Of a DNA stretch of 64,000 nt, positions 1-16,440 are shown in pieces. The stretch lies in NCBI RefSeq assembly GCF_009914755.1, contig NC_060928.1; one strand, 5' to 3'. Origin of the DNA: the human T2T-CHM13v2.0 reference genome, Homo sapiens. The notes under the pieces were generated by a model that did no database searches, had not been told where the DNA came from, and saw nothing but the letters and a program-made list of their open reading frames with translations. A program made the position numbers and the translations under genes. How positions within the stretch are numbered: position 1 is the stretch's first letter; every line of letters begins with the position of its first letter.

Positions 1-1298
1 GATGATGATAATGATACATTTGTGGGTTCGGATTCTTAGGTGCCTGGGGGTGCCCTGATCAGAAGACTCTGAAAGAAGGAATAGTTCTTTAAGTCAAACC
101 TGATGAATTTCTTGTATTAAACATCAGAAGTGGGTGAGAAATGGCAGCACTGAACAAACCAGGGAACTAAGAGGTTCTGCCACTGACTGTCTGTAATAGC
201 AAAAGGTTGGGGAAAATTGAATGTCCATCCATGGGGAACTTGTTAAATGAATGATGATGTGTCCACATAATGAGATTCTAGGCAGCTATCAAACAAGATG
301 AGAAAGCTATTTGCTGGTACAGGAATATACAGATTAAACACATAAAGGCGCTACTTTTGTGTAAGAAAAAGGAGAAACAATAATACACACATTCACATTT
401 GCTGTATTTGCATAAATAAATAATAAAAATGCTTACTTGTACAGAGAAAATAGGAAGTGGAATGAGATAAATGGAAGAGGAGGGGAGCCAGACCCGTCAC
501 GGTTTGATATTGTTTCGACTTTTGAGCCATGAAAATATATTACCTATTTCAAAAGGTTTTGCGATTTGATATTGAAGTATTGTCAAAGTGGTTTATTGAG
601 CATTTAATATATAATTTTCCAGTGAAGTAGGCTGAGTTTGTATGATTGACCACATTGGATCCAGGAGGAAATAGGGCCTAGTGTGATTTAGATACAATCC
701 CACCTCTGCTATTCTTTGATCCTGGGCAAGTTGCTTAACTTTTCTAACCCTATCTGTAAAATGGGAATAATCGTAGAAGTGAAACAATGAATGTGGAGTC
801 AAGTGAGGACTCAGTAAGAGTTAACTATTATCATTATGATTATCATCTACCATAGCTGGTCAGTGGCTGGGATGCTAGACCCCAGGTCTCCTGACTCCTA
901 GTCCAGTTTGTGTTTCACCAGAACATAGGCAGGAAAGCGCTTGTTGTGTCTGTTCAAATAGAGATTTCTTGGAAGAAACACACCTTCTAAGAGGTATGAG
1001 CAGGTTGGTATTAACAAAGAAAAGTCTGTGAAATGAAATGAATAGATAATTCCTTTAAAAGAAGTTCTCTCCTCTATTCAGCATAGCACTATAAAACTTA
1101 ACTGCAGTGGATGAATTAGTATTAGGGATTGATTTAAAATAATATAGGGGTAGAGAAAGTGGGTGGGGTATACATGAAACAAATTAGCCATGAGTTGACA
1201 ACTGTTGAAGCTGAATGATGGGTACATAGAGGTTTGCATACTGATTGTCAACTTTTATATATATTTAACATTTCCATAATAAAAAGTTAAATATATAT

Positions 1299-1843
1299 TG
1301 TAGCAGCTTAAACATGGCTACAAAATTCTCTGATACTCTTCCTGTTTGAGGGGTGAAGTCTATGTCACTTCCTCTTAATCCAGCAGGTTTTGGGACTGTT
1401 CTGACCAATAGAATGCAATGCAAGTGGCCCTGTGCCAGGCTCCCTTTAGGCCTTAAAGACTGGCAGCTTCTACCCTCATCTCTTGGAACACGGTCTGGAG
1501 TCCTGAGCCACCATGTAAGAAGTTTGACAACCCTGCTAGAGAGACCACAGAAAGGGGCTCTTGAGACTACACGGAGAGAAAAAGGGGCCTGGCTTCCCTG
1601 TTGTTCCTGCCAAGGAGGCACACATGTGAATAAAGCTTTCTTGGACCCTCCAACCTAGCCCCACCACCAGCTGAATTCCACAGAGTGACCTCATTGCTGT
1701 GATACAGAGCATAACAATTGTCCAGGAAAGCCCTGCCCAAGTTCTCAACCCACAGACAATAAATATGGGAAAATGATTGATGTTTAAGCCATCAAGTTTT
1801 GGGATAGTTTGTTACACAGCATTAGATAGATAACCAGAATACA
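1299..1843 (+). mobile_element. MaLR LTR (MLT1G/H-like)
   Basis: tgt...aca ends; 3' end tttaagccatcaagttttgggatagtttgttacacagca typical of MLT1. Confidence 0.7.
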
Positions 1844-2025
1844 CATGCTGCACACACACATGCACACACATATGTGCACACATACACACACCCACATACA
1901 CACAAACACATGTGCACACACATATGCATGTACACACACCAGACACACATGCATACACATACACACACATACACGTGTACACACACATACACATGTGCAC
2001 AAACATACATCTACACACATATACA
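1843..2025. repeat. Degenerate (CA)n/(TACA)n simple repeat
   Basis: cacacacatgcacacacatatgtgcacacatac... array. Confidence 0.9.
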
Positions 2026-2972
2026 TTTTAAACAGCAACAGCAGGAATTTAGTTTGAAAACATTTGGATATCTGGCTACCTAAAATTTTGCAATGTGATA
2101 AAACTAAAGTACCAAATTATGAAGAAGTTGGTTATCAGTGGGACAAAGATATTCAAGTATTTGAAATTTAGGGCAGTATTTTAAAGGCAGAGAGGGTCTT
2201 TTTAATAAAGTAAATTGCAATAGTAGGTTGTGAAAGATTTACTTTCAGAGTCTGAGTAGGTCTTCTAGTTTTCATTTGCTGCCAGTTTAGTTGTTGACAA
2301 AACTATTGAGGGGCAAAAAACGCTCAAATCTCTTAAGAAGAAAGAAACCATTACAAACAGATCCAGCCACATTTCAAGGGAGCATGTTTTGATGGCTGCT
2401 TTTCCAAGTTTTCAATGTTGTCCTTTCATTTAAAAGCACACATATTTCACAGAGTAGATGATATTAATTGTGTTTTTTTTGAACAGCCACTGATTTTTTA
2501 AAATCCAGTAGACTCATCATTTACTTGTACAAACTGCACTTGTGTTGATTTCAGTGGTAATTTCACTTAATCAAGTGATCTCTGTTTTATTTATTTTCAT
2601 ATGTGATACAATTAGCAAAACAACAATGAAAGAAAACAAAAGAGACAAAACTTCAAGTGGATGTTGTTGTGCTTTATAGAACACCTTCCCCAATTTGCCA
2701 GATTGGATAGGTTGTATCAAACATCAGCTTTTCCACAAGCCCTCCCGCTCACCCTACCTGGAATAGCAACTCCTGTAGCACTACAGTCTGGCACCATTTT
2801 ATTTTTCTTCCTTGTAAGTATGAAGGCATTCCATTTTACAGTCACTTGTTTGCAATCCTCTTTTCCTGTCATTACAACATAAGCTCTTTGAGAATAAGAC
2901 CTTTAGATCCTGCTGGACCTAACACAATGACTAGCATAATGCTTAATAAATATTTGTAGAATGAATGAATGA

Positions 2973-3280
<308 letters not shown>

Positions 3281-4161
3281 CCTGAGTGGGGATTTTTATC
3301 TCAGTTAATTTATAGTAGGAAGTCACCTAAATATATCAAAATATGGGAAAAGTTAAATAAGTTACAGTATGTTATATCCATGTGATAGGATGCTATGGAG
3401 CTTACGGTAATTAAACTGAATTTCAAAGTACAACATGGCCAGTGGACTTTCAAATGATGCCAGACATTTCTAGGTCTGTAGGAGGAGACCACCAGCCTCC
3501 TAACTTCCTTTCCTTCTCATGAGAAGAACACCTTAATAGTTATGTACTTGTTCTGAAATGTCAGAGGCAGTTAGGCACCTGTTGCCTGAGGGAAGGACAG
3601 TACCTTTTCTGGGCTGAACCAAGATATTGCTCCCAGTGCTTCTTAGTACAAATTGTTCTAAGGAGGAAGTGGTCTCACTTGTCTAAGGAGCCCAGGGGCC
3701 TTCTGAGGGGGAAGTGACTGAGACTCTCAACAACTTATCACTGAAACTCAAAGTTGGACAACTTTTTGGGGTGGATTGAGAGGGCCTAATAAGGCTCACC
3801 AACAGGATCAAGCAGAGTGTCGTTTAAAATACGATTATCTTGAGTGTGGAAAGAGATGGGACAGGTGGTCTGCTGTACCCTGGAGTCAAAAGGAAAAATG
3901 GTGTCAGCGATCACTGTGGTCCATGAGCAAGGAAACACAAGTCTCCTCCAGGGCAGTGCCTCGGGAGACAGGTGTGTGCCCAGGCAGTGGCTACGCGAGT
4001 GCTGACATTACAATGGCCCTGCTCAGCATGGTGGCTCACACTGAGGTGGCTTGCCCTGTGAAGTGGCCAAGTCCAGGGTGTAGTTTCTGTGATTCTAGGG
4101 AGACTAGATTCTCCTCCCTGGGTCCCGGATGATGTCAGAAGCCCCCGCTCACTTCAGGATA

Positions 4162-4278
4162 CCCTACAACCTAGATTATCCCAAAGTACAGTATTTGAAT
4201 CTCCTTTCAAAGATTAGCAGTATTTCTTAGCGAGAGGGGATTCAAATACCGCACTTTGCGATACTCTAGGTTGTAGGG
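4162..4278. repeat. Imperfect inverted repeat (47-bp arms, 23-nt loop)
   Basis: 4162-4208 pairs with 4232-4278, 41/47 matches. Confidence 0.9.
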
Positions 4279-4325
4279 ATAGTATGGTATCTTACACTGT
4301 GAAGTCAGCTATCTTCGTTACATGC

Positions 4326-4785
4326 TCTACTGGGTTAAATGATGACTTCCAAATATTTATGTCCACGTGGAGCCTCAGGATGTGACTTTATTTAGAAATA
4401 GGGTATCCGCACGTATAATTAGTGAAGCTAATGAGGTCATACTGGATTAGGGTGGGCCCTAAATCCAATGACTGATATCCTTATAAGAAGGCCCTGTGAA
4501 CACATAGAGACAAAGAAACACAGGGAGAAAGGCCATGTAAAGACAGAGGCAAAGGTTGGAGTGATGTTGTCAACAATCCAAGTAACATCAAGGATTGCCA
4601 GCAACTACCAGAAGCTAGAAGAGGTATGGAAGGATCCTACCCTAGAACCTTCAGAGAGAGCATCGCCCGCTCACAACTTGCTATCAGGCTTCTGGCCTCC
4701 AGAACTTTGAGACAATAAGTTTCTGCTGTTTTAAGCAACCCAGTTTGTGGTTCTTTGCTAATAGCAGCCCTAGCAAACCAATGCA
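4326..4785 (+). mobile_element. MaLR LTR (MLT1C/D-like)
   Basis: ggattagggtgggccctaaatccaatgact...ggcctccagaact...gcagccctagcaaac motifs. Confidence 0.8.
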
Positions 4786-5185
4786 TATGCATTTATAGAG
4801 CGATCTTGATTTTGAAAAAATTTTGATGGACACAGGCACACACACACACATATATGAATGCACAGGGGAAAGAAAGCATGCAGAAAGTGGCATGTTGCAT
4901 ACCAGAGCATGTAGCTAAATGTAAATGCTGGTTGTTTTTAGTGGTAAGGGAATGAATGACTTTCATTTTCTTCTTCAAATTCTCTATAACTAGCGCTTAT
5001 TATTTTAATAATCAGAACTAAATTAAATGCTCATCTAGTTGATGCTTCTGGCAGATTAACACCCAAATCTGTAAATCAGATTGTTTTAAACCTATTTGAA
5101 AAAGTACTTACATTGGCGTTGAACTAGTATTGCCCACCAAAAGGATTTGTCTTTCCAAGCCCACCTATGGTTTGTTTTTATTTAG

Positions 5186-5622
<437 letters not shown>

Positions 5623-6740
5623 CATGTTGATGTTTAAAACTTGGCGGTGGTTCTCATCTTCTAAGGAGTAAATGAAAGCTTCCCAATAATGATAGCAAGC
5701 AGCCCTTACTATGTGCCAGGTACTATTCTAAGCACTTTATGTACATTGACGTATGCTAGAACCCTGTTCTATCTCCAAAACTTCCACTTTGTCTGATAAA
5801 TTAAGTGATCACTCTGCCTATTGGGGTCCTACTATTATTCCCCATTTTACAAATGAGGAAACCGAGGAATAGAGAAAATAAGTAATCTGCCCAAGTTCAC
5901 ACAAAGAAGTAAGTGCCAGAGCTGGGATTTTGAACCCAGGCTCCAGAGTCCACGCTCTTTAAGATACTACACCATACTGCCTCACCTTTGAGTCTGGTAG
6001 GAGAATATGGAAGAGTATAAATACTACAAGTGACATAGAATGTTTTTTCCTAATTATTCCTCATGTTGTTTAGTTGTTATTTAAAATCTATTTTATATCC
6101 ACAAACAAGCATGAGAGAAAGTAAAATGGATGTGGTGGGTTCCCTGACAGTCCTGGAAGTGGAGCATGGAATTGCTCTTACATAACAGTGCAACATTATT
6201 CAAACCATTTCCAACACGGTCTGAAAATCAAAAGGCTGCAGCGACTGATCACAGTACACGGATCAAACCGATGCCTCACTTAAAACCCTTCATTGCCTTC
6301 ATGTGCCCTGAGGATCAAGTCTAACGGTCCTCGCAAGGACTCCAAGACTGTGCCCACCTTTCAGGTCTTAAGGGCTTTCTTCCTGCTTTTGGAACATTTC
6401 ATCCTTTCTGCTACTTTGGGGCCTTTCCTGCATGTGCTGTTCTGTCTGCCCCAGGGGTCCTCCCTTCCCCGTTGCCTTTGCCAAGAAAACTCCAGAGTGA
6501 AATCACAGATCCTAGCTGTTTCTTGACCCTTGCCAGTCCAGGGGCCCTCCGAGAGGTCAGTCTCTCGGTTCCACAAGCCCTGGGCCCTGCCTGCTCCTCC
6601 TTCCTAACACTCCCTGCTCCGGTGTGAAGTCTATCTTCTCCACCATGCTGAATGGGCATCCGGCACACAGGCAGTCATCTAGATGTATTTGTTGACTAAA
6701 TTCCTGACTGCCGGACAGATTAAGAGAAATAGAAGATTCA

Positions 6741-7122
<382 letters not shown>

Positions 7123-7577
7123 TCATAATACTTCAAAATTCACAGAGTGGTGTCAATGCCATGGCTAAGGCTGTGCTACTTAGTTGCTTAGTTAAAAACA
7201 AAAGTTAATTCTAATTCTTTCTCTTTGAGGGAATAAATAATTTCCTGTAGTGACTGACACAAGATATGCCTTGGAGTTGAGAATCCCTCTCTTAGAGGGA
7301 AGGGGTTGTGAGCTGGAATCTGTTTCTATATACAAATCCTACTATTCAGATCAGGAGAAAGTGCCTCTGGCTGAGATAGGGACAACATGACAGCTGAGCA
7401 GCCAGGCTGACCTTGGCGATTGTATGAAGACATGTCCAATCATCATACCAAACCACCTTATGTAAGTGACAGGGTCAAATCACATGGGAGTGGCTCACCA
7501 CCCTAGCCATTCCACTTCTTCTTCCTGCAACGAGAGGAGTATAACTTCTAGTAGATTTGCTGTCATTTTGTTGCTGA

Positions 7578-7902
<325 letters not shown>

Positions 7903-8743
7903 CAGTTGTTTGTTTTACTTAAGATGAAATAATTCATAAGTGCCTTTCTTAGGCCCAGCATCTCAAGGACTTGCAGGATTTTCTGCACTAGAGGTCACAC
8001 AGGTGGCTGACCAAGTTTGTGCCCAGCCACTGCTGACAGCCCTCAATCTGTGCATTTACCTTCATCCACTCTAGTATATGTACACTGCAATTTCATTTTT
8101 TACTTCACTCTGCTGTGATAATTGCACATTTGGGAAAAGGCATCTAAAATATCACCAAGAAAATAAGAAAAGAAAAAGGCAATTTTTCTTAAGGGGCTTT
8201 GATGAATTTCAGTCTTTATTCTGATTGCTTTTGCTTCGGCTTCTTATTTTATGTATTTACTCTTCAGGGTTGGAGTAATTGCATTTCTGATTTCTCTTAT
8301 TTGGATGACCAGAATTGGCTTAGTAATGCTGTTTGAACACCTCACAGGTTTCTTTTATTCCGACATAATGGGGTGTTTTTTTCGGTTTGTTTATCCCATT
8401 GTGTTCACTCCTCCATCCCCAGCCCTTTTCAAATTTTTCAGTGTTTGCAGACAGGTTTCCTTTCTCACCTGGAATTTCTTGCCAAGATGTCTCTCTTCTG
8501 CCAGCAAAAGGGAAAGAGGGTGACACAGTGGAATTGTGCCTTCTCTTTCTCAGAGTGCCCTTGCATTTTCATGACAGTTTGGGCTATGAATTAACATCCT
8601 AGTGTTTGGCAGCACACTAGGACTGTTGGGGTGAGCCTCAGACCTACATCCACAAGGACACTTTATAAAAAGCTATGATTAAATCTCTAAGAACTACCTT
8701 CCATCTATATTCACCTTTGTGTGGCTCAGCTGCTGCCCCTTTA

Positions 8744-9078
<335 letters not shown>

Positions 9079-10285
9079 ATTTTTTTAAATGAGACAAAAT
9101 TATTTTATAGGTTATATTTTCCAAGGTAGCAATTTAACTGTGGTTGTTATCCTTTTATAAAAGGGGTTTCTAATTTTGGAATGAAACAAACGAAAGAGAA
9201 ATTCCACTAAAAATAACAGTGAAAGGAGAAAAAGGAGAAAACACACTCACCAAAATTTAGAAGTAGCTCACACAATATCATCGAATCTCAATACCACTTT
9301 AGATATTGGAGCATGATTACCAATTAGTCTTTCTAGTTGCTTTGCTCAAACCTCTCTTTGAACACTGGCTCTATGGGAACAGTTGTCAAGGAAACCTGTA
9401 CAACGTGGCTCTTCTGCCAGTTCATTCGGCGGGTCCCCGACTCCACAGCATGGGTGTGTGGTAGGCTTTTCTGTAGCTTATTATAGTTTTATGTTGATTA
9501 ATATGAATGATCATCAGTCACTTGGTGACTTGAAGAAATTTTTTTGTAGCTTGTGGTGAAGAATTGAAAAAAATGTGGCTGTCATTTTGTTCTCCAACTG
9601 GATCTTAATTGATGTGCCTCCTAACAAAATTCACTAATATTGAGTACAATTTACCACCCCCAGATACTTTTATATGTGGGTTTAAAATAACGTCCTACTA
9701 AAAGTGTGAGTCATAAATACTGCCTAGACTTTCAATTCTGTGAAGATGTGAATTGAGGTCTAAGTATTATACATAGCCTCCATTTCCCTACAGATAGCAA
9801 CATAAGACTCATGGATTAAGAGAATCCTCACCCTCTCTGTTTGAATCTTTAAATGCTTCAACACAGCTTTCAGATTTTCCTTTGCTTAAGCCACTGTCTT
9901 CCAGTATAAGGGTTTTAAACAGATAATTTCTCATTTGTTTTGTTTAGGGAAAATCTGTGGTAGTCTATTATTTGGCTCTATTTTAAATTTAGCTATTCTC
10001 TAAAGTCACCATTTAAATGAAATGAGGCACTTGGAAAAATAATTTTGTTTCCAATACTGTAAGAAATTAGTAGATTATCTTTCCTAGCTCAGCAACTTGT
10101 ACTAATACCCTTGAGCTATTAAATTCAAAGCCAAAACTAAATAGCTTTGTTTTCGTTCCATCCATCCATTCTCCATTCTCCATCCATCCCACTCATTCAC
10201 CCAACATTTACTTTGAGGAGCCTCTAGTAATAAAAGGTGTAACTTTAATGAAAGATCATGTGATAGATCAGGTTGAATTGACTTC

Positions 10286-10864
10286 TGTATTAGGGTTCTC
10301 CAGAGGGACAGAACAAATAAGATATATGTATATATAAAAGGAAGTTTATTAGGAAGAATTGGCTAGCACAATTACAAGGCAAAGTCCCATGATAGACTGT
10401 CTGCAAGCTGGGAAAGAGAGATGCCAGTAGTGGCTCAGTCCAAGTCCAAAAGCCTCAAAACCAGGGAAGCTGACAGTACAGTCGTCAGTCTGTGGCTTAA
10501 GGCCTGAGAACCCTTGGGAAGCCGCTGGTGCAAGTCCCAGAGTCCAAAGGTTGAAGAACCTGGAGTCTGATGTCCAAGCACAGGAGGAGCACAAGCAAGC
10601 ACCTGGCAGGGGAAGAAGAAAGAGCCAGAAGACTCAGCAAGCAAACCGATCCCACCTTCTCCCACCTACCTTGTTCTAGCCACACTGGCAGGTGATTGGA
10701 TGGTGCCCACCTACACTGAGGGTAGATCTTCCTCTCCCAGTCCACAGACTCATTTGTCAATCTCCTCTGGCAACAGCCTCAGGGACACCCAGAAACCATC
10801 CTTCACCAGCCATCCAGGCATACCTCTATCCAATCAACTTGACACCTCATATTAACCATCACAA
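10286..10864 (-). mobile_element. MLT2 (ERVL) LTR
   Basis: tgtattagggttctccagagggacagaac...ttgacacctcatattaaccatcaca, typical MLT2A/B reverse strand. Confidence 0.85.
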
Positions 10865-11597
10865 CTATTCTATTTGAGGTTCCTAATGTTGTTAAGAAGC
10901 TACAATTATCTGGACATGCATGCATGTATACACACAAGCACGCATGCACGCACACACACACACATATACACACAGAGTATCCTTCTGCACCTTTTTAAAT
11001 TGGATATTCACACAGCTTATCTCAAGGTGACATCTTAAAAAGTCTCAATCAAGATTGTGGAATGGCCCAAGAAAAGGCTGGCTGAATACCTGGCCACCAA
11101 GAGGTCTCGCTGGTTGGCATTTTGACATCACCATTCTCAGGTCTTGCCCTCAGCTCTGTAGGCTCAGAAATGTGACTCCATCAGTCCTCCTGAGGAAAGA
11201 TTCACAGTAGCCTTGCTCACTAGACACTGAAGAGCAAATCAATGGCTGGGGTGTTAATCACGATGAGAAACGCGACTGACACGTGGACTGTAATAGTTAG
11301 TGGGTTCTCATCCTATAGGAGAAATCAAATTATAATGACAAGAGTGCATGCTGAGCATGAATCAGAGTAAGGGAAATGACAGTCCACATATCCACTGGCA
11401 TTAGTTTCTGAGAGTCTGATGAGGGACATCTAGGATAGGAGTATGGCCCCTGGGACTGCAGAAGGAAGTCACGGGCTAGTGTACGTACAACGCACAGACA
11501 ATACAAGATCCGCATAGCAGAACCTGTAGTTCATGTTGTCCACCTTCCCTCTGATGAATCTCCTTTTGTCTTTCCCTCTTTGGATACACTAATAACT

Positions 11598-11900
<303 letters not shown>

Positions 11901-14900
11901 TGATATACTAATATCTTGTAGAGTGTCTATAGCAACTTTACACACAAATGGGGCCTGATTTCACCCAAAACTATTCCCTGATATTTGATTGAAAGAATCT
12001 TTTGGTTCCACCCTTGCAGGATGCATTTCTATAGTTCGATTCTGAAAAGTGTTCCTTATTCCATGTTTGAGGGAGAGGGGTCCCTGACTCTGGCCCCGTT
12101 TACTGCTCACCCCTGAAGTCTTGGTTGCTTTTTAGATAATGCTGTTTCTCCTTTGCCTTCAGCAGAAGTGTAAGTCCTTGTCCATGCTCTGGATCTGTGC
12201 CAATTCCTACAGCTTCTTCTGGTTGGCATCCAAAGCCCTGAATATCATCATCCAAAGAGAGAAACAGTGCGATCTGATGACATGCAGTTCTGTAATATCC
12301 TGTTGGTTACAATCAGTTCTGACATAAAGTATTTATGGGATAGATAAGATCAGTTCAAGATCATAAAGTATTGAAAGGTGGATATACTAGAGGTAGACAA
12401 GAGGTTTGGGAGGATAAATCATGGCTTCCCGCTGTTCATTTCCCTTTGTCCAATGCCATTAATATGCATGTGATACCCAGAGAGTGAAAGATTTATTTCC
12501 CATTCAGCTTAACTACACAAACATTTATTCATTAAGCACCTATTTTCTGATAACGTTCCATAGCAGGCAGTCAGTGAAATGAGGTATTTGGAAAAATAAT
12601 TTTGTTTCTAATACAGTAAGAAATTAGTAGTTCGACTTTCCTAGCATGACAACTTTGTATTAATACCTGTGAGTTATTAGGTAGAATATAGAGATGAATG
12701 TGACATAGTCAAAAAGCTTGAGGTCTTCTGGAAGAGACAAAATATGTGTTTATTCATTCAATAAATATTTATTGAGCATTTATTATGTACCTCCCACATT
12801 TTGCTCCAGCCGTCATTCCCTTGTCATTCCCTGAGCCCATTGCACTGTTGCATCTGCCTGCTGTTACCCTTCCTGAGAGAGTGAAAGAAGTAGGAGCAAA
12901 TGGACTAGTTAATGAAGCAAGGACCTGGAGCAAATAGGATGCAGGCAATCAAGGACACAGGCAGGAAGGCAAGAGAGCCTCTGCTGAGACTGTAGGAGAG
13001 GTGTGTGGATGATCAGGGATGTAGGTAAAACACGGTGGTGGTAGAAGGGCCACATGTGGAACACAGAGGGAGCATTGGATCTGGGCCAGTTCTGCCCAAC
13101 ACGGCATTCCTCTAATGGGACATTTTGGCTCAGGGACTCTCCAGAGACCTGACTGAGATTTTCTTGAACTTCTGCTGAGGTCTGAGGCTCTTCCCATTCA
13201 ATCCCTCCTTCCCTTCCCGCTCTCCTTCCGCAGATGTAGACCTGCACCATGGTTAAAGCCTTCTCCTAATTACCCCTGCTCCCTCGCCCTTTGTCCTCAC
13301 AGGCATTTCCCTCAACAAACCTCTTGAACATAGAATTCCTGCTTGGTGTCTGCCTCTCAGGGGACCCAAATTGATACCACATCTTATAAGTGGGGGAAAA
13401 TGGAAGGCTGAAGGGACTCAGCGTGGTTTCTCCATGTGATGGAAGAATAGACGTACAGGGAATGAGAGCACGGGAATTGCAAGGGTTGGCGGCGAGGGCT
13501 GGAGAGCAGATTAGACAGATCAGGATGTAAAAGGGTTTCGGGGAGCAGAGTTCAGAGAATGGCTGTAGGAATAGGTTGCTGGAGGAGAGACGAAGGTCAA
13601 TGACACTGGTCTGGAACTACCATGCAGTAATATTAGTTGCCTGTTCATTACTAATAGAACCCTGCTTTTATTCAGAACAGCAGCGGACCCAGCTGACAAT
13701 TCTCAGCTTTCTTTGCAGTTAGGGGTGGCCAAGTATGTGTAAGTAAAAATCCCTGGCTAGGGAAGGGGGGGGACACAAGAAAAAAAAATGAAGGTGTGCC
13801 CATTTGCCATTTCTTCTCCTTTCTTCTTCGAGCCTTTCAGCCAGTTTGGACCATGAACCACTTTAAGGATGGAAACCAAGGCTAGGATGATGGAGCAAAA
13901 AGACAGGGGTCCTTAAACAACATGGAGTCACCATTCTAGCCCTGATTCGACTATATGAGAGGGTTTGTATTATTTAAGCCACTTTGCTGGGTATTTCATG
14001 TACAGTCAAACCAATTCTAACTGGTAGAGATAAATTGTTCATACAGACATAACTATCTCCTGGAGGTTGAGGTAGACAGAATGTATATAAGTCAGATGGA
14101 AAGATGCATAGTGTCTAAGGGGGAATGTTTTGGAGGCTAAGGGTGAGAGGAACAAGAAGAAAATGGCATGTATGTGAACGTGTACACGTCAGGGGAGGAG
14201 GGCCAAAGGGCAGAGGTTCTCGCCTGAGAGTGGAGACGTGCTGGATTGGAAATACCAATGAGAAATGGCCAGTAGGAGAGTATTTATTTCCCCTCACTGG
14301 CCCTAATGATTGTGGGGTGATGGAGTGGAGCAGCTTCTATCCTGGAAGGCTGAAATAAAGTGTTTGTTTCCAATGGGAGTTTAGAAACCAATGAAAATGG
14401 ACAGGGGAGCTCTATGCAGTGAACGAAAGAGTCAGAGGAAATAAATTACAAAAGAACACTGAGGCGAGCAGAGAGGCGAGGGCGAGTAGGGAGTGGAGCG
14501 TTGCCTTTGGGGAGGTGGCTAAAGACTGCAGAGAGCAGAAGTATGGAGGGAATGGCTTGCACCAACGTTTCAGCCCCTGACAGAGCCTCCTGCCGTGTCA
14601 GGCCCAGGTTCCATGGGAGGGGAGTGGGGGCGGCGGGGGGAAGATCAGTGCAGCCTGCAGATTTCCTAAGTTTTTGCTGCTGTTCAGGGACAAATTTGCA
14701 TAAGGTAGGAATGAGTCCTTGTCACAAATGTGGATCCTGACTCAAATACAGTTACGGTTACAGTTCAGCTCCATCTGAAGGTGAGAAACAAGCTCCCAGG
14801 TGAAGGGGCTCAGAGTCTGAAAGCTGCCTGGGCCAAGGTGCCTGGTAATTAGGGTTCGCCTTGCTGTCTGAGGACTGGAGCTGTTTCTGCCCCACTTGGC

Positions 14901-16417
14901 ATTTCCCTATGTTCCCCCCTCAAATCAACAAATCATGACAACTCTAAGGATTTGGGGGTGGGGGACATTAAGTGAAGATCATTAAGTTTCATGTGTTACA
15001 TGAAAGAACAAAGAACTGATATGAATGGAATGAATCTTAGCATTTTTGAAGTTTGAGAACTTCAAGTTCAGTCATACTTCTCCTTCCCCCATCTTTTTAC
15101 CTATCCTAAAAATGCTGCATGGACAATAGGACCCAATTTTCTGAACCTCAAAGAAGATATACTATTTGATAATAAGTACATTTTTTGTTAACAGGCCAGC
15201 ATTTTTGAAATTAGAAGAGCCCTCAAAAACGCAGGCTCTGTCTTCCTACTCTCTATGACATACTCAGTTTTTATAACTAAGTCAGTTTAGTTTTTAGGAT
15301 TTTGTGGCACCCATCTCATCTTGGTGAGAATTATAAAATTCTCAAGGTTTTGTAAAAATAGATTTGGGAATTACCAACCTAGATATTTCCCAAAAGTGCA
15401 TTAGACATCCCATGTCCTAAGCCAAGCAATTCACAGCCATCCTGCCTGCAGAGAGCACGCTTCTTAATCTTCTCCTCTTCAGAGCACACATCAGGCCTGG
15501 GAAGGCCAGTAAGCCCAGTTCCCAGTGAGTGACAAGTTTGGATTCCAGGGGTTCTGAGTAGACTTTGAACCTTCTCAATACTATTTTTGCCTCACTGCTT
15601 CGGTGACTTTGGACATTTTCTTCTGATTGATTAGGATTAAATGTGCTTTTCTAAGCTTCTGTTGAGACATGTGGTTCTCATTACTGTCACTGCTCATTTC
15701 CCACAGTCCAGCAGCCTCTCCCCCTTTCTCCAGCATTGCCTGTTATCTCAGGATCCCATTACAAGCCTGGAGGAACTGGCTGGGAGTCTGGATGTGGGTG
15801 ATGAGGAAGGCTGGTAGGGAAGCCAGGAACCCACAGGAACTATGGTCCAGGAGTTCCATTCTTCTTTGTCCACAAACATAACAGGGCAGCCTGGGAGGGT
15901 TCAGGAGAGTCTTCTCCCCAAGTCAATATGTTAACCCATGTGGAATTTCACTAAATGAATGTCAAGGTGCATCAGTCAGGGGCCTGATGGGAAAGACGGT
16001 ACCATCGAATTGGGTGATTTGAGTAGAGTTTAATCAAACCATGTGCTAGCTGGATTCTCTGGGAAGTAGATGCTGGGATGCAGTTAGGAGTGTGGAGTTA
16101 GTTAGAAGTTAGGATTTATTAGGGGTTATGTCTATGGAAGATAAAAGGAGCAGGAAGTAGGAATGAACAGGGAAAACCTTCAGTCTTGATGCAAATCACC
16201 TGTAATAAAAAAGAAGGGTCAAAGCAGGACTGGGCCAGGGAAGCTCAGAGCATGAGTCTGATCTGACTGAGTCTTAACCAACCCAGTCAGGAGCAGGAGC
16301 AAAGACAGCCAGTTAGAGGAGTCTCTGTTGTCACACAGAAATGGTCAGGACCCCCGGCCCTTGTATCCCCATCATATTCAGTCATTAGCTGGGGCTGTTC
16401 GGAAAGAGCGTGGCAAG

Positions 16418-16440
16418 CAGCAGCAGCAGCAGCAGCAGCA
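16418..16440. repeat. (CAG)7 trinucleotide repeat inside an old MLT1-like LTR
   Basis: cagcagcagcagcagcagcagca. Confidence 0.9.

Noticed and set aside
1784-2083. His/Thr-rich and Cys/Val-rich ORFs
   Set aside because: Translations of a (CA)n-type simple repeat in several frames.
16418-16440. (CAG)7 as a coding polyQ/polyC tract
   Set aside because: Short and inside a decayed LTR with no exon evidence.
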